From assembly GCF_009914755.1 (NCBI RefSeq), contig NC_060935.1: a stretch of 64,000 nt of DNA. The stretch is one strand, 5' to 3'. Below are positions 1 through 12,948 of this stretch, one piece after another. The first letter of the stretch is position 1; every line of letters begins with the position of its first letter. The position numbers were made by a program, and so were the translations under genes. This DNA comes from the human T2T-CHM13v2.0 reference genome, Homo sapiens. Below the pieces are notes generated by a model. It made no database searches, was not told where the DNA came from, and saw only the letters and a list, made by a program, of their open reading frames with translations.

Positions 1-1572
1 ATAGATTCAATGCCATCCCCATCAAGCTACCAATGACTTTCTTCACAGAATTGGAAAAAACTACTTTAAAGTTCATGTGGAACCAAAAAAGAGCCCTCAC
101 AGCCAAGTCAATCCTAAGCCAAAAGAACAAAGCTGGAGGCATCACACTACTTGACTTCAAACTATACTGCAAGGCTACAGTAACCAAAACAGCATCGGAC
201 TCGTGCCGAAACAGAGACATAGACCAATGGAATAGAACAGAGCCCTCAGAAATAATGCCACATATCTACAACCATCTGATCTTTGACAAATCTGACAAAA
301 ACAAGCAATGGGGAAAGGATTCCCTATTTAATAAATGGTGCTGGGAAAACTGGCTAGCCATATGTAGAAAGCTGAAACTGGATCCCTTCCTTACATCTTA
401 TACAAAAATTAATTCAAGATGGATCAAAGACTTAAATGTTAGACCTAAAACCATAAAAACCCTAGAATTAAACCTAGGCAATACCATTGAGGACATAGGC
501 ATGGGCAAGAACTTCATGTCTAAAACACCAAAAGCAATGGCAATAAAAACCAAAATTGACCAATGGGATCTAATTAAACTAAAGAGCTCCTGCACAGCAA
601 AAGCAACTATCATCAGAGTGAACAGGCAACCTACAGAATGGGAGAAAATTTTTGCAATCTACTCATCTGACAAAGGGCTAATATCCAGAATCTACAAAGA
701 ACTCGAACAAATTTACAAGAAAAAACAAACAACCCCATCAAAAAGTGGGTGAAGGAGATGAAAAGACACTTCTCAAAAGATGACATTTATGCAGCCAACA
801 GACACATGAAAAAATGTTCTTCAACACTGGCCATCAGAGAAATGCAAATCAAAACCACAATGAGATACCATCTCACACCAGTTAGATTGGCGATCATTAA
901 AAAGTCAGGAAACAACAGGTGTGGAGAGGATGTGGAGAAGTAGGAACACTTTTACACGTTGGTGGGACTGTAAACTAGTTCAACCATTGTAGAAGACAGT
1001 GTGGCGATTCCTCAAAGATCTAGAACTAGAAATACCATTTGATCCAGCCATCTCATTACTGGGTATATACCCAAAGGATTATGAATCATGCTGCTATAAA
1101 AACACATGCACACGTATGTTTATTGTGGCACTATTCACAATAGCAAAGACTTGGAACCAACCGAAATGTCCAAAAATAAGAGACTGGATTAAGAAAATGT
1201 GGCACATATACAACATGGAATACTATGCAGCTATAAAAAAGGATGAGCTCGTGTCCTTTGTAGGGACATGGATGAAGCTGGAAACCATCATTCTCAGCAA
1301 ACTATCACAAGGACGAAAAAACGAACAGTGCATATTCTCACTCATAGGTGGGAATTGAACAGTGAGATCACTTGGACACAGGAAGGGGAACATCACACAT
1401 AGGGGCCTGTTATGGGGTGGGGGGAGGGGGAGGGATAGCATTGGGAGATATACCTAATGTAAATGAGGAGTTAATGGGTGCAGCACACCAACATGGCACA
1501 TGTATACATATGTAACAAATCTGCACGTTGTGCACATGTACCCTAGAACTTAAAGTATAATAAAAAAAAAAA
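1..1572 (+). mobile_element. LINE-1 (L1PA4/5-like) 3' portion: ORF2 C-terminus with frameshifts, 3'UTR and poly(A); 5' end outside window
   Basis: ORFs 33-752, 749-943 and 999-1358 are consecutive ORF2p fragments (GGITLxDFKLY, [25 protein letters not shown]) in shifted frames; G-rich 3'UTR and poly(A) at ~1559-1572. Confidence 0.97.
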
Positions 1573-1921
1573 TCAAACTTTCCAGAGAAGACATCTCCAG
1601 AGAAGACACACTGAATATGCATCTGCTAGGCTTCAGGCACCCAATAATTACTGCTTACCTAGATATCCGCAAATCCTCTAGACATGAGACTATTCATAGC
1701 AGATTCTGGTGTGTATCACATTGGTAATAAAGCACTTCATCCTCACTTACTCTAATAAAAATACTTTAAACTTACTTCCCAAGGCACTTTTGTCTGGTCT
1801 AAGCAAACATGTAGCTATCCCAGCTTTCTCAGTTATTTTAAATAAATCAATATTTAAAATACCTATAATTAGCGCATTTATAATATATTGGTTTGTGTTA
1901 TATCAAGTAATTATAGTTTGT

Positions 1922-2212
1922 TTTATTATGAGACAGACTGTCATTCTGTCACAGGCTGGACTGCAGGGCACCACCATGGCTCACTGCAGCCTGGACCTTC
2001 TGGGCACGAGCCATCGTGCTGCATCAGCCCCCTGAGTAGCTGGGACTATAGCATGTGCCATCATGCCAGGCTGATTTCTAAAGGAATGTTTAGTAGACAT
2101 GAGGTCTGACTATGTTGCCTCCACTGGTCTGGAACTCCTGGCCACAAGACGTTCTCACACCTTGGTCTCCCCAAGTGGTGGGATTGGAGGTGTGTGCCAC
2201 CATGCCTGGGCT
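1922..2212 (-). mobile_element. Old Alu (AluJ-like)
   Basis: Antisense Alu text (ctcactgcagcctggacc...gagtagctgggacta...caaagtg-like); paralogous to the Alu at 23644. Confidence 0.85.
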
Positions 2213-2399
2213 CCTATTTTATTCTACTACCTTATGCATTATTTGACATTTTGGGTCTTAAAAGTTATAATTCCACAGCGTTCATGTAATTATGGAACCC
2301 ATAAAGAGCTTACAATTACCAATATATTATATACATGGAAAAGTCTTTTCTTAACTTCAATTTTATCGTTTAAATTGGCATATGTTTATTAACTTGTTT

Positions 2400-3150
2400 C
2401 TGAGATTCATCAGCTTTGTTGCATTCAGTGAGTTATTTATTGTTTTATAGGATTATTTTGCATAAATACACCAAATTTATTTAGCTATTCTACGGTTGAA
2501 GAATATTTTGGGTCTAATTTGGAGCTACTATAAAAATTGATGCAGTGAACAATATTGTGTATGTTGAAGTATATGTAGGCAATCAGTTGACTATATTTTA
2601 GAATTAGAATATCTAGCCCATAAGAAATGCTAATAGTCAGTTTCCCAAAAGGGATTTCCATTTACATCTCTCCAGCCATGAATAAATTTCATTTATTCTG
2701 TATCTTTGACAACACACAATATTGTGTGTCTTTAAATTTTGGTATTTTTTTATGAGGGCCTGTGGTACAACTGGTGGATTAATTCTTACTTTTGTAAGAC
2801 TAATGAAAGTGAGCACTTTTTTATATTTGGCTAGTTATTTATGTATCCAATTCTGTAAAGTGTCTGTTCAGATATTTTAGCCAATCTTCTGTTGAGTTCA
2901 CTGTCTTTTATTTATTACAATTTAAGTATTCATCATATACATGTATTATATTTTACTTTATGTATGTTGGGGTGAATATCTTTCTCCACTACTAGTTTGC
3001 ATAATGTTTTTTGAAACACAGAAGTCATCATTATCAATATAAATGAACTAATTGTTTTAATTATTAATTTGTGCCCTGGTTAAGAAATCCTTATGAGAAT
3101 ATTGTATCAGGTTCCCCTTCCTTTCAGGACTTCAATCTATCTGGAAATGA
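2400..3150 (-). mobile_element. Ancient L1M fragment
   Basis: Degraded antisense L1-like text (gagcactttttt..., gtctgttcagatattttagcc). Confidence 0.5.
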
Positions 3151-3602
3151 CTGTGTGTGTTTTGAGGTAGGAGTCAATATTTAGTTACTTTTTAAAAAAA
3201 ATTTCAATTAATCCAGCATTGGTCTGATCACATTGTGTATTTCAATGTAGACGAGCACACTAATAATGAAGGATTATTTATATCTGTGGTGAGAATTGCA
3301 AAATAAAGCCCAGCATAGAAGGTCAAATAGTATTACCTCAAAGGATAGATTAATACAATGAAACCTGATGGATAAGTGTAATATAGTTAGATAAAGAGGA
3401 AGAAAAACATTTCCCAGTTATCATTGAGACTTCACTCCAAGTTTTTTGCATGAAGCAAAAGATCCCGACTGTCTTCCATTGATTTTTACTTCATTCAGAC
3501 ATGTCTGTCATCTATTATTTCACTCAGTGACAGTCATAAATAAAGAAAAAAAAGAGAATATACTGTATGCCATGATCATGAATAATGATTTTTCAAAAAT
3601 TA

Positions 3603-3652
3603 TTTAATAAAGAACCAATACGTATACTTTTAGCGTTTTCAGCATATTTAAT
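3603..3652 (-). terminator. Candidate ATTAAA poly(A) signals of TRIM49
   Basis: ATTAAA on the minus strand at 3652-3647 and 3608-3603, ~150-200 nt after the stop; ATTAAA at the equivalent place behind gene 3 (~56652). Confidence 0.55.
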
Positions 3653-3805
3653 AGTAACACAATAAATGAGTTTTGATAACATTAGAAGGCAATTCAAGAC
3701 ATAAAATAGAGCCTATTTGTCCTGTATGTTAAGGCACAAGGAAGAGGACTTCCTGGGATAAAGGGGTTCCCACAGCATGTGAACACATTTCTGATTTGTC
3801 TCTGG

Positions 3806-4305
3806 TCAGAAGTGAATACAGCAAAAGATAAGCCTGAGAGGAGGTGAGAAAGAGCAATTAGGGATGGTGTATATTAGGGAGCTTTGATTAACATCAACAA
3901 AGCTCACAGTCTTAGCCTCACAATCCAGGAATAATCCTACTCGGCTGGTAGGTTTTGGGATATATTGCAGCATAAGTGGGGAGGTGGTAAAGAGACTGCA
4001 TTGAATGTCATTCTTAACACACCCAAGAAGAAAGAGTCCCGCCTTTCCATCTATCTTCTCATTCTGATTCTTCTCTTTCCGATACATATTACAGACACCA
4101 AAAGCCCAATTCCAGGAGTCCCCTACATGGACCTCCCAGTAATATTTGCCCGAGGTGAAAGTCTGAACACCCCATGCAAGAAAACTTCTAGGTGTTGCAG
4201 TGAAATAGGGTACATCTTGATGGTCACATCCAATACACATGCTTCTCAAAATTTCATACAGAAAGATATCATTGTTGGCTTCTTCATGATGCAGAGTAAT
4301 ATGCA
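3806..4305 (-). CDS. TRIM49: TRIM49 terminal exon (PRY/SPRY B30.2)
   Basis: poly(T)gcag| acceptor; motifs [24 protein letters not shown]; TGA at 3808-3806. Confidence 0.95.
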
Positions 4306-7300
4306 CTGCAAAAAAAAAAAAAAAGAAAACATGCATAGACATGTGTAAATAAGAAAAAAATAATTGTTCTATCAAGAAGTTACTTTACCAGCAAATGTAA
4401 AGTCATAAAATGTTTTGCTTGTAACTTCTAGTAAAGTATAGAGATGGTTAATATTATATACAAGACAAACAAAACCCTAACCACAGATATTATGTTTTTT
4501 TTTTGAAAACTTACATATTGAGAGCCAAATGTGAGACCAACTTCTTTCAATCCAATTTTCAAAGTAAAATTTACACATTATATGCCCTAAATGCAATGCT
4601 GTTATCAAGATCATTATTTAGAAATGTTTCTTATTCTTAAAAACTAGTGCTATCATTTTGGAAAGAATGTGAATGTGAAGATTTTCACTTAAGAACTGCT
4701 CTAGATATCTGGATAAAAATCCATATGTACATGTTATAAGTGATAATTTAAAGCAGATCTCTGCAAAATCTTTGACCAGTCTCTCTGAGGTCCTCCATGC
4801 TAGCTCTGGGCTGAAGCTGGATTTTAGACTTAACATGTAGCTCTTCATATTGCAATTAAACTGAACTTATTTTCATTTGTAATTTTACTTATATCCACAA
4901 AATGATTTCTTCCTTTTAGCTTTACCTATTAATTCAAATGTTTGCAATATATGAATAATATATACACATTAAAAAAATACAAAACCCCCAAGAATCTCCA
5001 GAAAACTATATTCCCCTAAAGAACAGTTCTTAGCAGTTCAAATGAATACACTAAAGAAATGCACAATTTTGTATTTAACATTAAATAATTCACCATTCTG
5101 AGCATTATTTCATTTGCTCCTTTTTAAAATTTTCTACACTACTCCTTTTTCCCGTTATATAACTCAGTACATATTATGCCAGAAAGTATTTCTTTTTCAC
5201 TATCTTTCAAACTTAATGCTATAAATCTGACTGTAAATACAGACACGGATACCAAAGGGTTGCATGGTTATATTGTTCACTTATGTCTTAAAAGAAGTAA
5301 AATATTTGATAAAATATGAAATATTACCTATGTGATCCTAACAATAATAATATTTAGATAGTGGGAGTGCTGCCTGTGGGTGGAGACTTACCTCGGAATT
5401 GGTTGAGCCTGTCCCTCAGTCCAGTGATGGGCCCTGCACTGAGCTCTGGATTCAGAGGCTGGGGCATGTGCAGCAGCACGGACTCACTCCTGCAAGGAAA
5501 AACCTGCAGTTACAACATCTACAGCCATAAAATAAATAAAAATCACTATTTGTATATAAAAGACATTTCAAGAGAATCCTTTGAATCTACACATTTGATA
5601 ATTCAAAAATTAATCCTTCCTTTTGCAAATTAATTCTTTACAGTTTCTAAATTTTAAAGCATGATGGAAGAATCTAAGCCAGAATCCAATCTGATCCTTC
5701 TTTTTTTTTTTTTTGCTCCAAATGTGTAAGGTTCCTTAGCTTTATGGCCTTGAGAATATTTAGAAACGAAATTCTGAGTTCCACTTCTTGGCAGACTCCC
5801 CTGACATCTTTGTCTGAAATAGCGGGGTTCTGGGGAGACTGATGCATCCACTGCTTCCTTCTCAAGATAAAGAATGGAAACTTGTTCTCTCCCCTTTTAG
5901 CAAAGAACTTCCCTAGAGACTTACACAGTTCTAACACTCCACAGTTTTTTTCAATCTATTTTTCAGAACTGTTAACTGATATGTATATATGTATAAAAAA
6001 CAAAACATCAACACTTTTTCACTGCTAAAATACTTCCTCCTCTTCTCTCCTGCTTCCTCTGGTGACTTTCTCACCATTCACAAAAAAAAACTTATCTTTC
6101 TCCTGTGCAGGCTTTCAAGCAATAAAACAAAATCAGGGGCCGGGCGCGGTGGTTCACGCCTGTAATCCCAGCACTTTGGGAGGCCGAGGCGGGCGGATCA
6201 CGGGGTCAGGAGATAGAGACCATCCTGGCTAACATGGTGAAACCCAGTCTCTACTAAAAATACAAAAAATTAGCCGGGTGTGGTGGCGGGCGCCTGTAGT
6301 CCCGGGTACTCGGGAGGCTGAGGCAGGGGAATGGTGTGAACCCGGGAGGCGGAGCTTTCAGTGAGCCGAGATGGCGCCATTGCACTCCAGCCTGGGCGAC
6401 AGAGCCAGACACCGTCTCAAAAAAAAAACAAAAGCAGGAATCAAATTGTTTGTTTTAGTTCACTCTTCTTTTATTCATTTATTTACTTCGTGGCCTTGTC
6501 TTTTAAGGTGTGGGAACGAAAGTAGATGCAAAAAAAAGTGGTATCAATATCTTAATTATTTATGCCATGACTTTAATAGAGCCTGCTTTGATAGTCGTGG
6601 AATCTTAAAGAACATATGCTAAAATCTAGGTACACACTCACCTGTGTAATATGTCTCCAAAAGCCTGAAAAAAAAAAAAAGAAGAAAGATTTAGTGCATT
6701 TCACAAGATGCATCTTTCACTAAGTTCAGTGTGAGATTTGTACTCAGTTTCTGAAGATATTATTTCCCTACCATCTTCTCTTCTGGAAAGTATTTTCTGT
6801 TTCTTCTGTAAAGAAAAACCCAGTCAGTTGTATTGTTATTAATTAACGTCCTGGGAAAGTCTGAGTCTTGAAGACATTCTCTAAAGAAGTGAAGGGAGAA
6901 GAGGCCCAGAAGGTCTATGGTCTGTGGTAACCATGAAAAACCTACTCAGTCATCTTTAACTGAACCTGTTACCCAAATGAGTGGACCCCAAAATAATGTT
7001 AATGCAAACCTAGATTCCCAAAACTTCTGATCTTGCCATGTTTACAAATTAACCTAAATGTAAATGAATCACTCACTATTCTATACATGTTTAACAACCC
7101 AAAGTATATTATTGAATTAGATGGGGAATATTTCTTGGGGCTGTTACCTTGACCATTCCACAAAGTTTTGTGGCTGGTGGATAAAGTAGGAGGGACCTTT
7201 GGCCTGGTAGAATCCCTTAGTGGGGCTATACTCTCCCAACAAAGTAGCATTAGTTATGTGAATGTGTTTTTGGAAACACATCATGGAAATAAAAGTAGGG

Positions 7301-8256
7301 AGATGGATTTCAGCCATGAGGAAAATACTTATACATGTGAATATTCAAAAACCTGAAACCACATGGCGAGTTTTTACCTGAAGTAGCTCCACATCTGGTT
7401 TATGGCACATTTCGTTCAGCTCCTCATACATTCCTCTTAAAATCTCCATCCTATGAGCCATTTTGGCTTTACTTAAATGAAGTCGATGAAAAATTTCTTT
7501 CCCCTTCTTTTTCAGCATCTCCAAATTATGTTTTTCTTCTTCATGATGAAATGCAGGCATCTTCTGATACTCAGCTCTAATTGCTTCTAGCCTTAAATTC
7601 ACATAATCCTGCAGTGATAATGGGTTAGTCAAAAGAGAAATGTATATATCCATCTCCTATTAAATCTCACTGATTCCTTTTGTCTCTCGAACGTCCAATA
7701 GTTCAAACTTCTGTCTTGCCAGTTCTTAGAATCTACAAATTTTGTTCCTTTCCTTTTTTCTGCATAAAGATCAACATAGCTGTATCTGACCAATTACGTT
7801 AAATTTATTCAAGATAATGTGTTTTCTAAGATAGTTGAAAACAAAAAAACACAATTTGAATTTCTCTATTCCAACCCATATTTATGGCAAAGTAAGAACA
7901 GTTCATGCTTGAGAGTTGGAGTATAGGGCTATAGTTACTAGAAAGGAAACAATTCTTTCTATTTCTGAGATATGCACCAAGTTGCTTAAACTCATTATAT
8001 GAAAATGACCTTAGACTAGCATGTCCAGCTAAGTGCATTTCGCTCAGCAAAACCTATCCTAATAAGGCTGCATTTATGATTTGGCCATCTTTGTCTCCCT
8101 GAATTCATTTCCTTCTATTCTTTTTCTAAGTCATCCCAGTCTGAAACATAGACTTCTTTGTGGTTCTTCCGGCCTCCAAATATACACAAACTCAAAATTA
8201 CTGCATATGCTGTTCTCTCCAACTAGAATTACATATATATGTATACAAACACACAC

Positions 8257-8289
<33 letters not shown>

Positions 8290-10145
8290 CACACAACCAC
8301 ACACACATACATACATATACACACTCATGGTCCACATATATATCCACACACACATTTGTGTTCCCCCTCCTCTTCAAAACTTTGTTTCAATTTGAATTTT
8401 TCAGTGAGTCTTTTTTCTGACCACCCTATTTAAAACTCAAACACTAATCTCCAGTTTCTGGCCTCTATTGTCCTTTTCTACTTCCCTGCTTGATTATTCT
8501 CCAACAAAAACCTACCACACTCAAATACATCATGTATTGCATATATTTGTGTATTGACAATTTGACTCTCTTATTTGGATTGTATGATTTGTGAGGACAA
8601 AGGTGCTTCCTTTCTTCTTTACTAGTATATTTTCTAATTTAATATTCAACATAGACTAGGTTCTCATGAAATACTTTTCAACAAACTAATCTTAGCTATC
8701 ATACCCTCAAAATATACATCCACGAAGAGAAAATTATTTTAATGTTTTTCTGAAGTCCTCAGAGTTCTCCTTATGTTTAGATACTAGTTCCCATATTTCT
8801 GGCATGTTTACATGTCTCCCTCAAGACACAAATCCGTATTTCTCACCGCTTTTCTCATCGTATGTTATGTATTATTCAATATTAATTAGTTGAGATTCTT
8901 AATTTCATGGTTTCCCTAGATTTGCCCTGTCACTTTTTCTGCCTCAAATTTTCCATGCAATTCCAAATACTACTTGCACACTAGCATTCAGATTAATGCT
9001 GACCGACACTCAGAAGTTTCAGTTGAGCATTCCATGACTGCCAAATAACCCTTTTGCCTAGCATTTATCCAACCAGCAAATATAGAATGCTTTGAGATGG
9101 CCCAGTTTCTTGGATCTGTTGGTGTATAACTATAGGTTTGTATGAAACAAACCAGCATGCTTTGGGTGACATCAGTAGTTTTCTTAGAAATCCTACCTAA
9201 CAGGCATACTATTCTATATAAAAATGAGGCCACTTTTTCTCAGTGTTTTCTCTCGCCTTTTTTTTTTTACTGTATCCCAGAAACATTACAGTTTGATATC
9301 AAGTTCCTATTTTAAGAGTCACCCATTTGCCCACCATAAGTTCCTGGAGAAGGTAGAGTAGTACAGGACTAACCTTCCAGCATCTGGTTCTGGTGGTTTC
9401 CACATTCAGGTTTCTGTGATTTTCACAAGCTTTTTCCCACAAAGACTGCATTTTCTGTAAAAGCTTCTCCTGCAAAAGAGCCATAAATTGAAGCACCAGT
9501 GCAGACCATGACATAGGGAGGGGGCCCAGAATGAGAGACAAATAAGCCCCTAGTAAATGGCATTTCCTTTGTTTCCCTTCATGTTTGTCAAAGCCCAGAG
9601 GTTGGAAGCTAAGAAAGCCCAAACAGAGCTGCTTAAAGGGACTCAGAGTTGGCTTTATCCAATCTCCAAGAAAATAGACCCACAGGAATTTTATGCTTCC
9701 TTTACAGAAATCGATCTTCAGAGCCATCACTTACCCGGTGTTCCTCAGCAGCCCACTCAATGGGACGGTGTCTGTGATACCGGTGCTCCTGAGAGCTGGA
9801 GCACAGCAAACAGAGCAGGCTCCTGTCCACTTCACAGAATATCTTCTTTGTCTCCCTGTGAGTGCCACACATTTGCTCCTCAGAGCTCAGGAATAGCCAG
9901 AGACTGACTTTTCTGGCAAGAGAAGCCATCTTCTTCAAATGAATGTTGGTTTTGAGGTTTATCTGCTCGGTTGACTTTGTGCATTCAGAGCACTGGACAA
10001 GAAATGGGATGTCTTGCCAGTTGAGGTAGAAACAAGGCCTGCAAAAGCTGTGCCCACAGTCTATGGTGACCGGGTCTATGAAGTAGTTCATGCACAGGGG
10101 GCAGATGAGTTCCCCCTGAAAGACCTGTAAGATTCCAGAATTCAT
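3806..10145 (-). CDS. TRIM49: Tripartite motif protein 49 (RING, B-box2, coiled-coil, PRY/SPRY), intact 452-aa spliced ORF; TRIM49 or its near-identical copy TRIM49C
   Basis: Coding exons 10145-9735 (411 nt), 9469-9374 (96), 7608-7378 (231), 6664-6642 (23), 5489-5392 (98), 4305-3806 (500), all GT-AG. Total 1359 nt = 452 aa + stop. Protein [18 protein letters not shown]...IFCCIHF matches recalled TRIM49. Confidence 0.93.
5392..5489 (-). CDS. TRIM49: TRIM49 98-nt linker exon ([16 protein letters not shown]...LNQFR)
   Basis: ttgcag| acceptor, GTAAGT donor. Confidence 0.95.
6138..6424 (+). mobile_element. AluY with target-site duplication, in a TRIM49 intron
   Basis: CpG-rich Alu; TSD AAAACAAAATCAGG (6124-6137) / AAAACAAAAGCAGG (6425-6438); empty site in the paralog at ~54160. 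Confidence 0.95.
6642..6664 (-). CDS. TRIM49: TRIM49 23-nt micro-exon (AFGDILH-R)
   Basis: poly(T)tcag|gcttttggagacatattacacag|gtgagt; same-size exon in genes 2 and 3. Confidence 0.93.
7378..7608 (-). CDS. TRIM49: TRIM49 coding exon 3 (coiled-coil, DYVNLRL...VELLQ)
   Basis: ctgcag| acceptor, GTAAAA donor, 231 nt, phase 0-0. Confidence 0.95.
8231..8355. repeat. Compound (CA)/(TACA) microsatellite
   Basis: acacacacat acatacatac...; homologous tracts at 52300-52378 and 62500-62690. Confidence 0.9.
9374..9469 (-). CDS. TRIM49: TRIM49 coding exon 2 (EKLLQKMQ...RCWK)
   Basis: ttttgcag| acceptor, GTTAGT donor, 96 nt, phase 0-0. Confidence 0.95.
9735..10145 (-). CDS. TRIM49: TRIM49 coding exon 1 (RING + B-box2)
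   Basis: ctcag|aaacATG acceptor at 10151-10150; C3HC4 RING; CxxH..C..D..CxxC..H..H B-box; donor GTAAGT from 9734. Confidence 0.95.
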
Positions 10146-10541
10146 GTTTCTGAGGAACAAAGAGAAACATGTCATTTTGGGGCCTGGGTTGATGAAAACC
10201 TTCTAAACATGTGGAGATATGTGATAGTTATATTTTCTTCTCTTGACAGTGTTCATTAAAGTACAACAAACTATTTCTTCTGTTACAAACTTAAAAATTT
10301 ACACTTAGAGGGAGTCTCCTGGCTTTCTAACAGATATTACTAACCAGAGGACTCACAGTCCCTTCTACTCCTAGTTCCTGTCTGTAGCATAATACAAACC
10401 TATTCAACTACCCATTTTCTGAACATAGATCTGGAAATTGGGTTTTGATTCTAAGTGGTCAGAATAAATCATAGTTGTCCCTATTCTTCTTTCAATAACT
10501 GATGAATGACTGTGAAAGAGTGGGAGGGAAAAAACTACCCG

Positions 10542-10585
10542 GGCCAAAGAAATATGAGAAGATGGCCAAAGAAATATGAGAAGAT
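10542..10585. repeat. 22-bp tandem duplication
   Basis: GGCCAAAGAAATATGAGAAGAT x2; single copy in the gene-3 paralog (~50070-50092). Confidence 0.85.
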
Positions 10586-10624
10586 GGTTCTATGACATAT
10601 TTTTATAGAGAGTCACAAAAGCCG

Positions 10625-10720
10625 GGCAGCAAACCACCATGGCACAAGTTTACCTACATAACAAGCCTGCAAGTCCTGCAGTTATCCCAGGACTTAAAAT
10701 TAAATTAAATTAAAAACAAA
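10625..10720 (+). mobile_element. Short L1 3'-end stub
   Basis: gcagcaaaccaccatggcac...cccaggacttaaaat + A-rich tail; counterpart at ~49930-50030, absent from gene 4. Confidence 0.8.
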
Positions 10721-11332
10721 GACCCAAATCAAAACAAAATTTAAAAAAAAGCCAACCAACCAAATAAACAAAGAAAAAGACTGCAATTAAACTAATCAAG
10801 TTTCACTAGTAGGGAAAAGAAAAATTATTAAAGATATTGGGTCTTTTTATTTTCTTGCGGATTAAATTAACTTCCCCTAGGGCTGTGCAAGCTCTGAACT
10901 AACATATAGGAGGTTTTTGTTAAACTCAGAGAGGTGTAATTATATTTCCATAGTGTGATGGTGAATTTTAGGTATCAGTCTGACTGGATTAACCAACACC
11001 TAGGGAACTAGTGAAGCATTGTTTGTGGGTGAGTCTGTGAAGGTGTTTCTAGAGGAGAGAGACATGTGAGCTGGTGAGCTGAGTGGGAGCCTCATCTCTC
11101 AATGTGTGTGGGCACCATCCAATCAGCTGACACCTCAGATATAAAGAAAAAGGCAGAAAAAAGGCAACTTCCTCCGTCTCTCTCCTGAAACTTGTTCTGA
11201 ACCTTTCAGACTTGAGCTTAGCCAGGATACCGGTATTCTCAGGACACCAGCTTAGAGACAGCCTATATTGGAACTCTCTAGACTCCATAATCAAGCAAAT
11301 TAATTTTCCTGATGAATTCTGTCCCATGTAGA

Positions 11333-11980
<648 letters not shown>

Positions 11981-12774
11981 CTGCACACATATATGTATAC
12001 ATCCTATGGTTCTGTCTGGAGAACCCTGACTAATATAAAAACTATAATCTTTGTTTTGGCAATTTTAAATCCTTTAGCATAAAGCAGCATAAAGCTGCTA
12101 GTTTTATATCACTTCTGAATTTAAGTGAAAGCAGTGAAAAATCTTAGAATTGCAAATATTTTCCAGAACTCATCTAAGACATTTTAAGAAATTTTTCACA
12201 GTTTAATAAGATTGAGACTCAAGTGAGATGACAATCACAATCACATACCATATTAGGTCTTATAAATTTACTTGTTCGAAAAATTGTGTTTTGATTTCTA
12301 AAGTAGGATATTCTGGGGAGCTTTCTCATTGTTTTAGTTTCACTATTTTGCATCGCTCATCATTACCTTACTAATTTAAAGTCATGTCTAAAACCTGAAT
12401 GTTATGAAAGCAAATAACTTCATCATTCATTAATGTCTTCTCAATTCAATTTGACAATATTAATACACTCATTACATACATATACACACACACCTATGTG
12501 TACATATATGTATCAACTCCATATATTCATTATGAATACATATCTGTTGCAGCAAACACTAGATATTTTAAGTTTTTCAGAACTATATTAAACAATCATA
12601 GAAAGCACAAAATAACAACAATTAGTATCCTTATAATTCATAAAATCTATAGTAAGAACATGAGTTACAAATGGTATCATTGTGTAGATTTAAGATAATG
12701 AGATATTTTTAACACTCTAATTTATTATTGTGTAAAGGAAAGATGATATAATTTTATCAATATGTTTCACTCAC

Positions 12775-12925
12775 CCTGGAGTTCTTTTAATGGTTCCCAC
12801 AACGATTTTTCCAAAAATAATTTTGTTAAGTTCACCTCAAGATCAGAAGCTCATTCACTGCAGTACTGAATTTCAGAGGTCGCCAAAATGCAGTTCTAAG
12901 TGCAGTCCTTCTCCTTCAGAGAAAA
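12775..12925 (-). other. TRIM49: TRIM49 non-coding first exon (start approximate) with uORF ATG AGC TTC TGA (12854-12843)
   Basis: Downstream of TATAAAA; donor GTGAGT at 12774-12769; homologous exons in genes 3 and 4. Confidence 0.75.
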
Positions 12926-12948
12926 CTGAGCTTGTCTCTTCCGTGTCC

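Noticed and set aside
33-1358. ORFs of 239, 64 and 119 aa as a gene
   Set aside because: Frameshifted L1 ORF2 remnants
3965-4348. Antisense ORFs over the SPRY exons (also 55982-56341, 32026-32532)
   Set aside because: Shadow ORFs with no independent start or splice evidence
6999-7356. Intronic ORFs recurring in paralogs (53257-53569, 63387-63707)
   Set aside because: Short, with differing ends, and explained by recent duplication of intron sequence
8081-8433. H/T/Y/I- and C/V/M-rich ORFs (also 52220-52529, 62451-62738)
   Set aside because: Microsatellite translation artefacts
9557-9907. Antisense ORF conserved in three copies (also 50676-51023, 60915-61241)
   Set aside because: Shadow frame of the B-box exon; the conservation is explained by the sense gene and by duplication
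10146-10175. Upstream in-frame ATG (MTCFSLFLRN) as the TRIM start (also 50450, 60626)
   Set aside because: Lies mostly in the intron polypyrimidine tract before the AG acceptor; only 4 nt precede the true ATG in the exon
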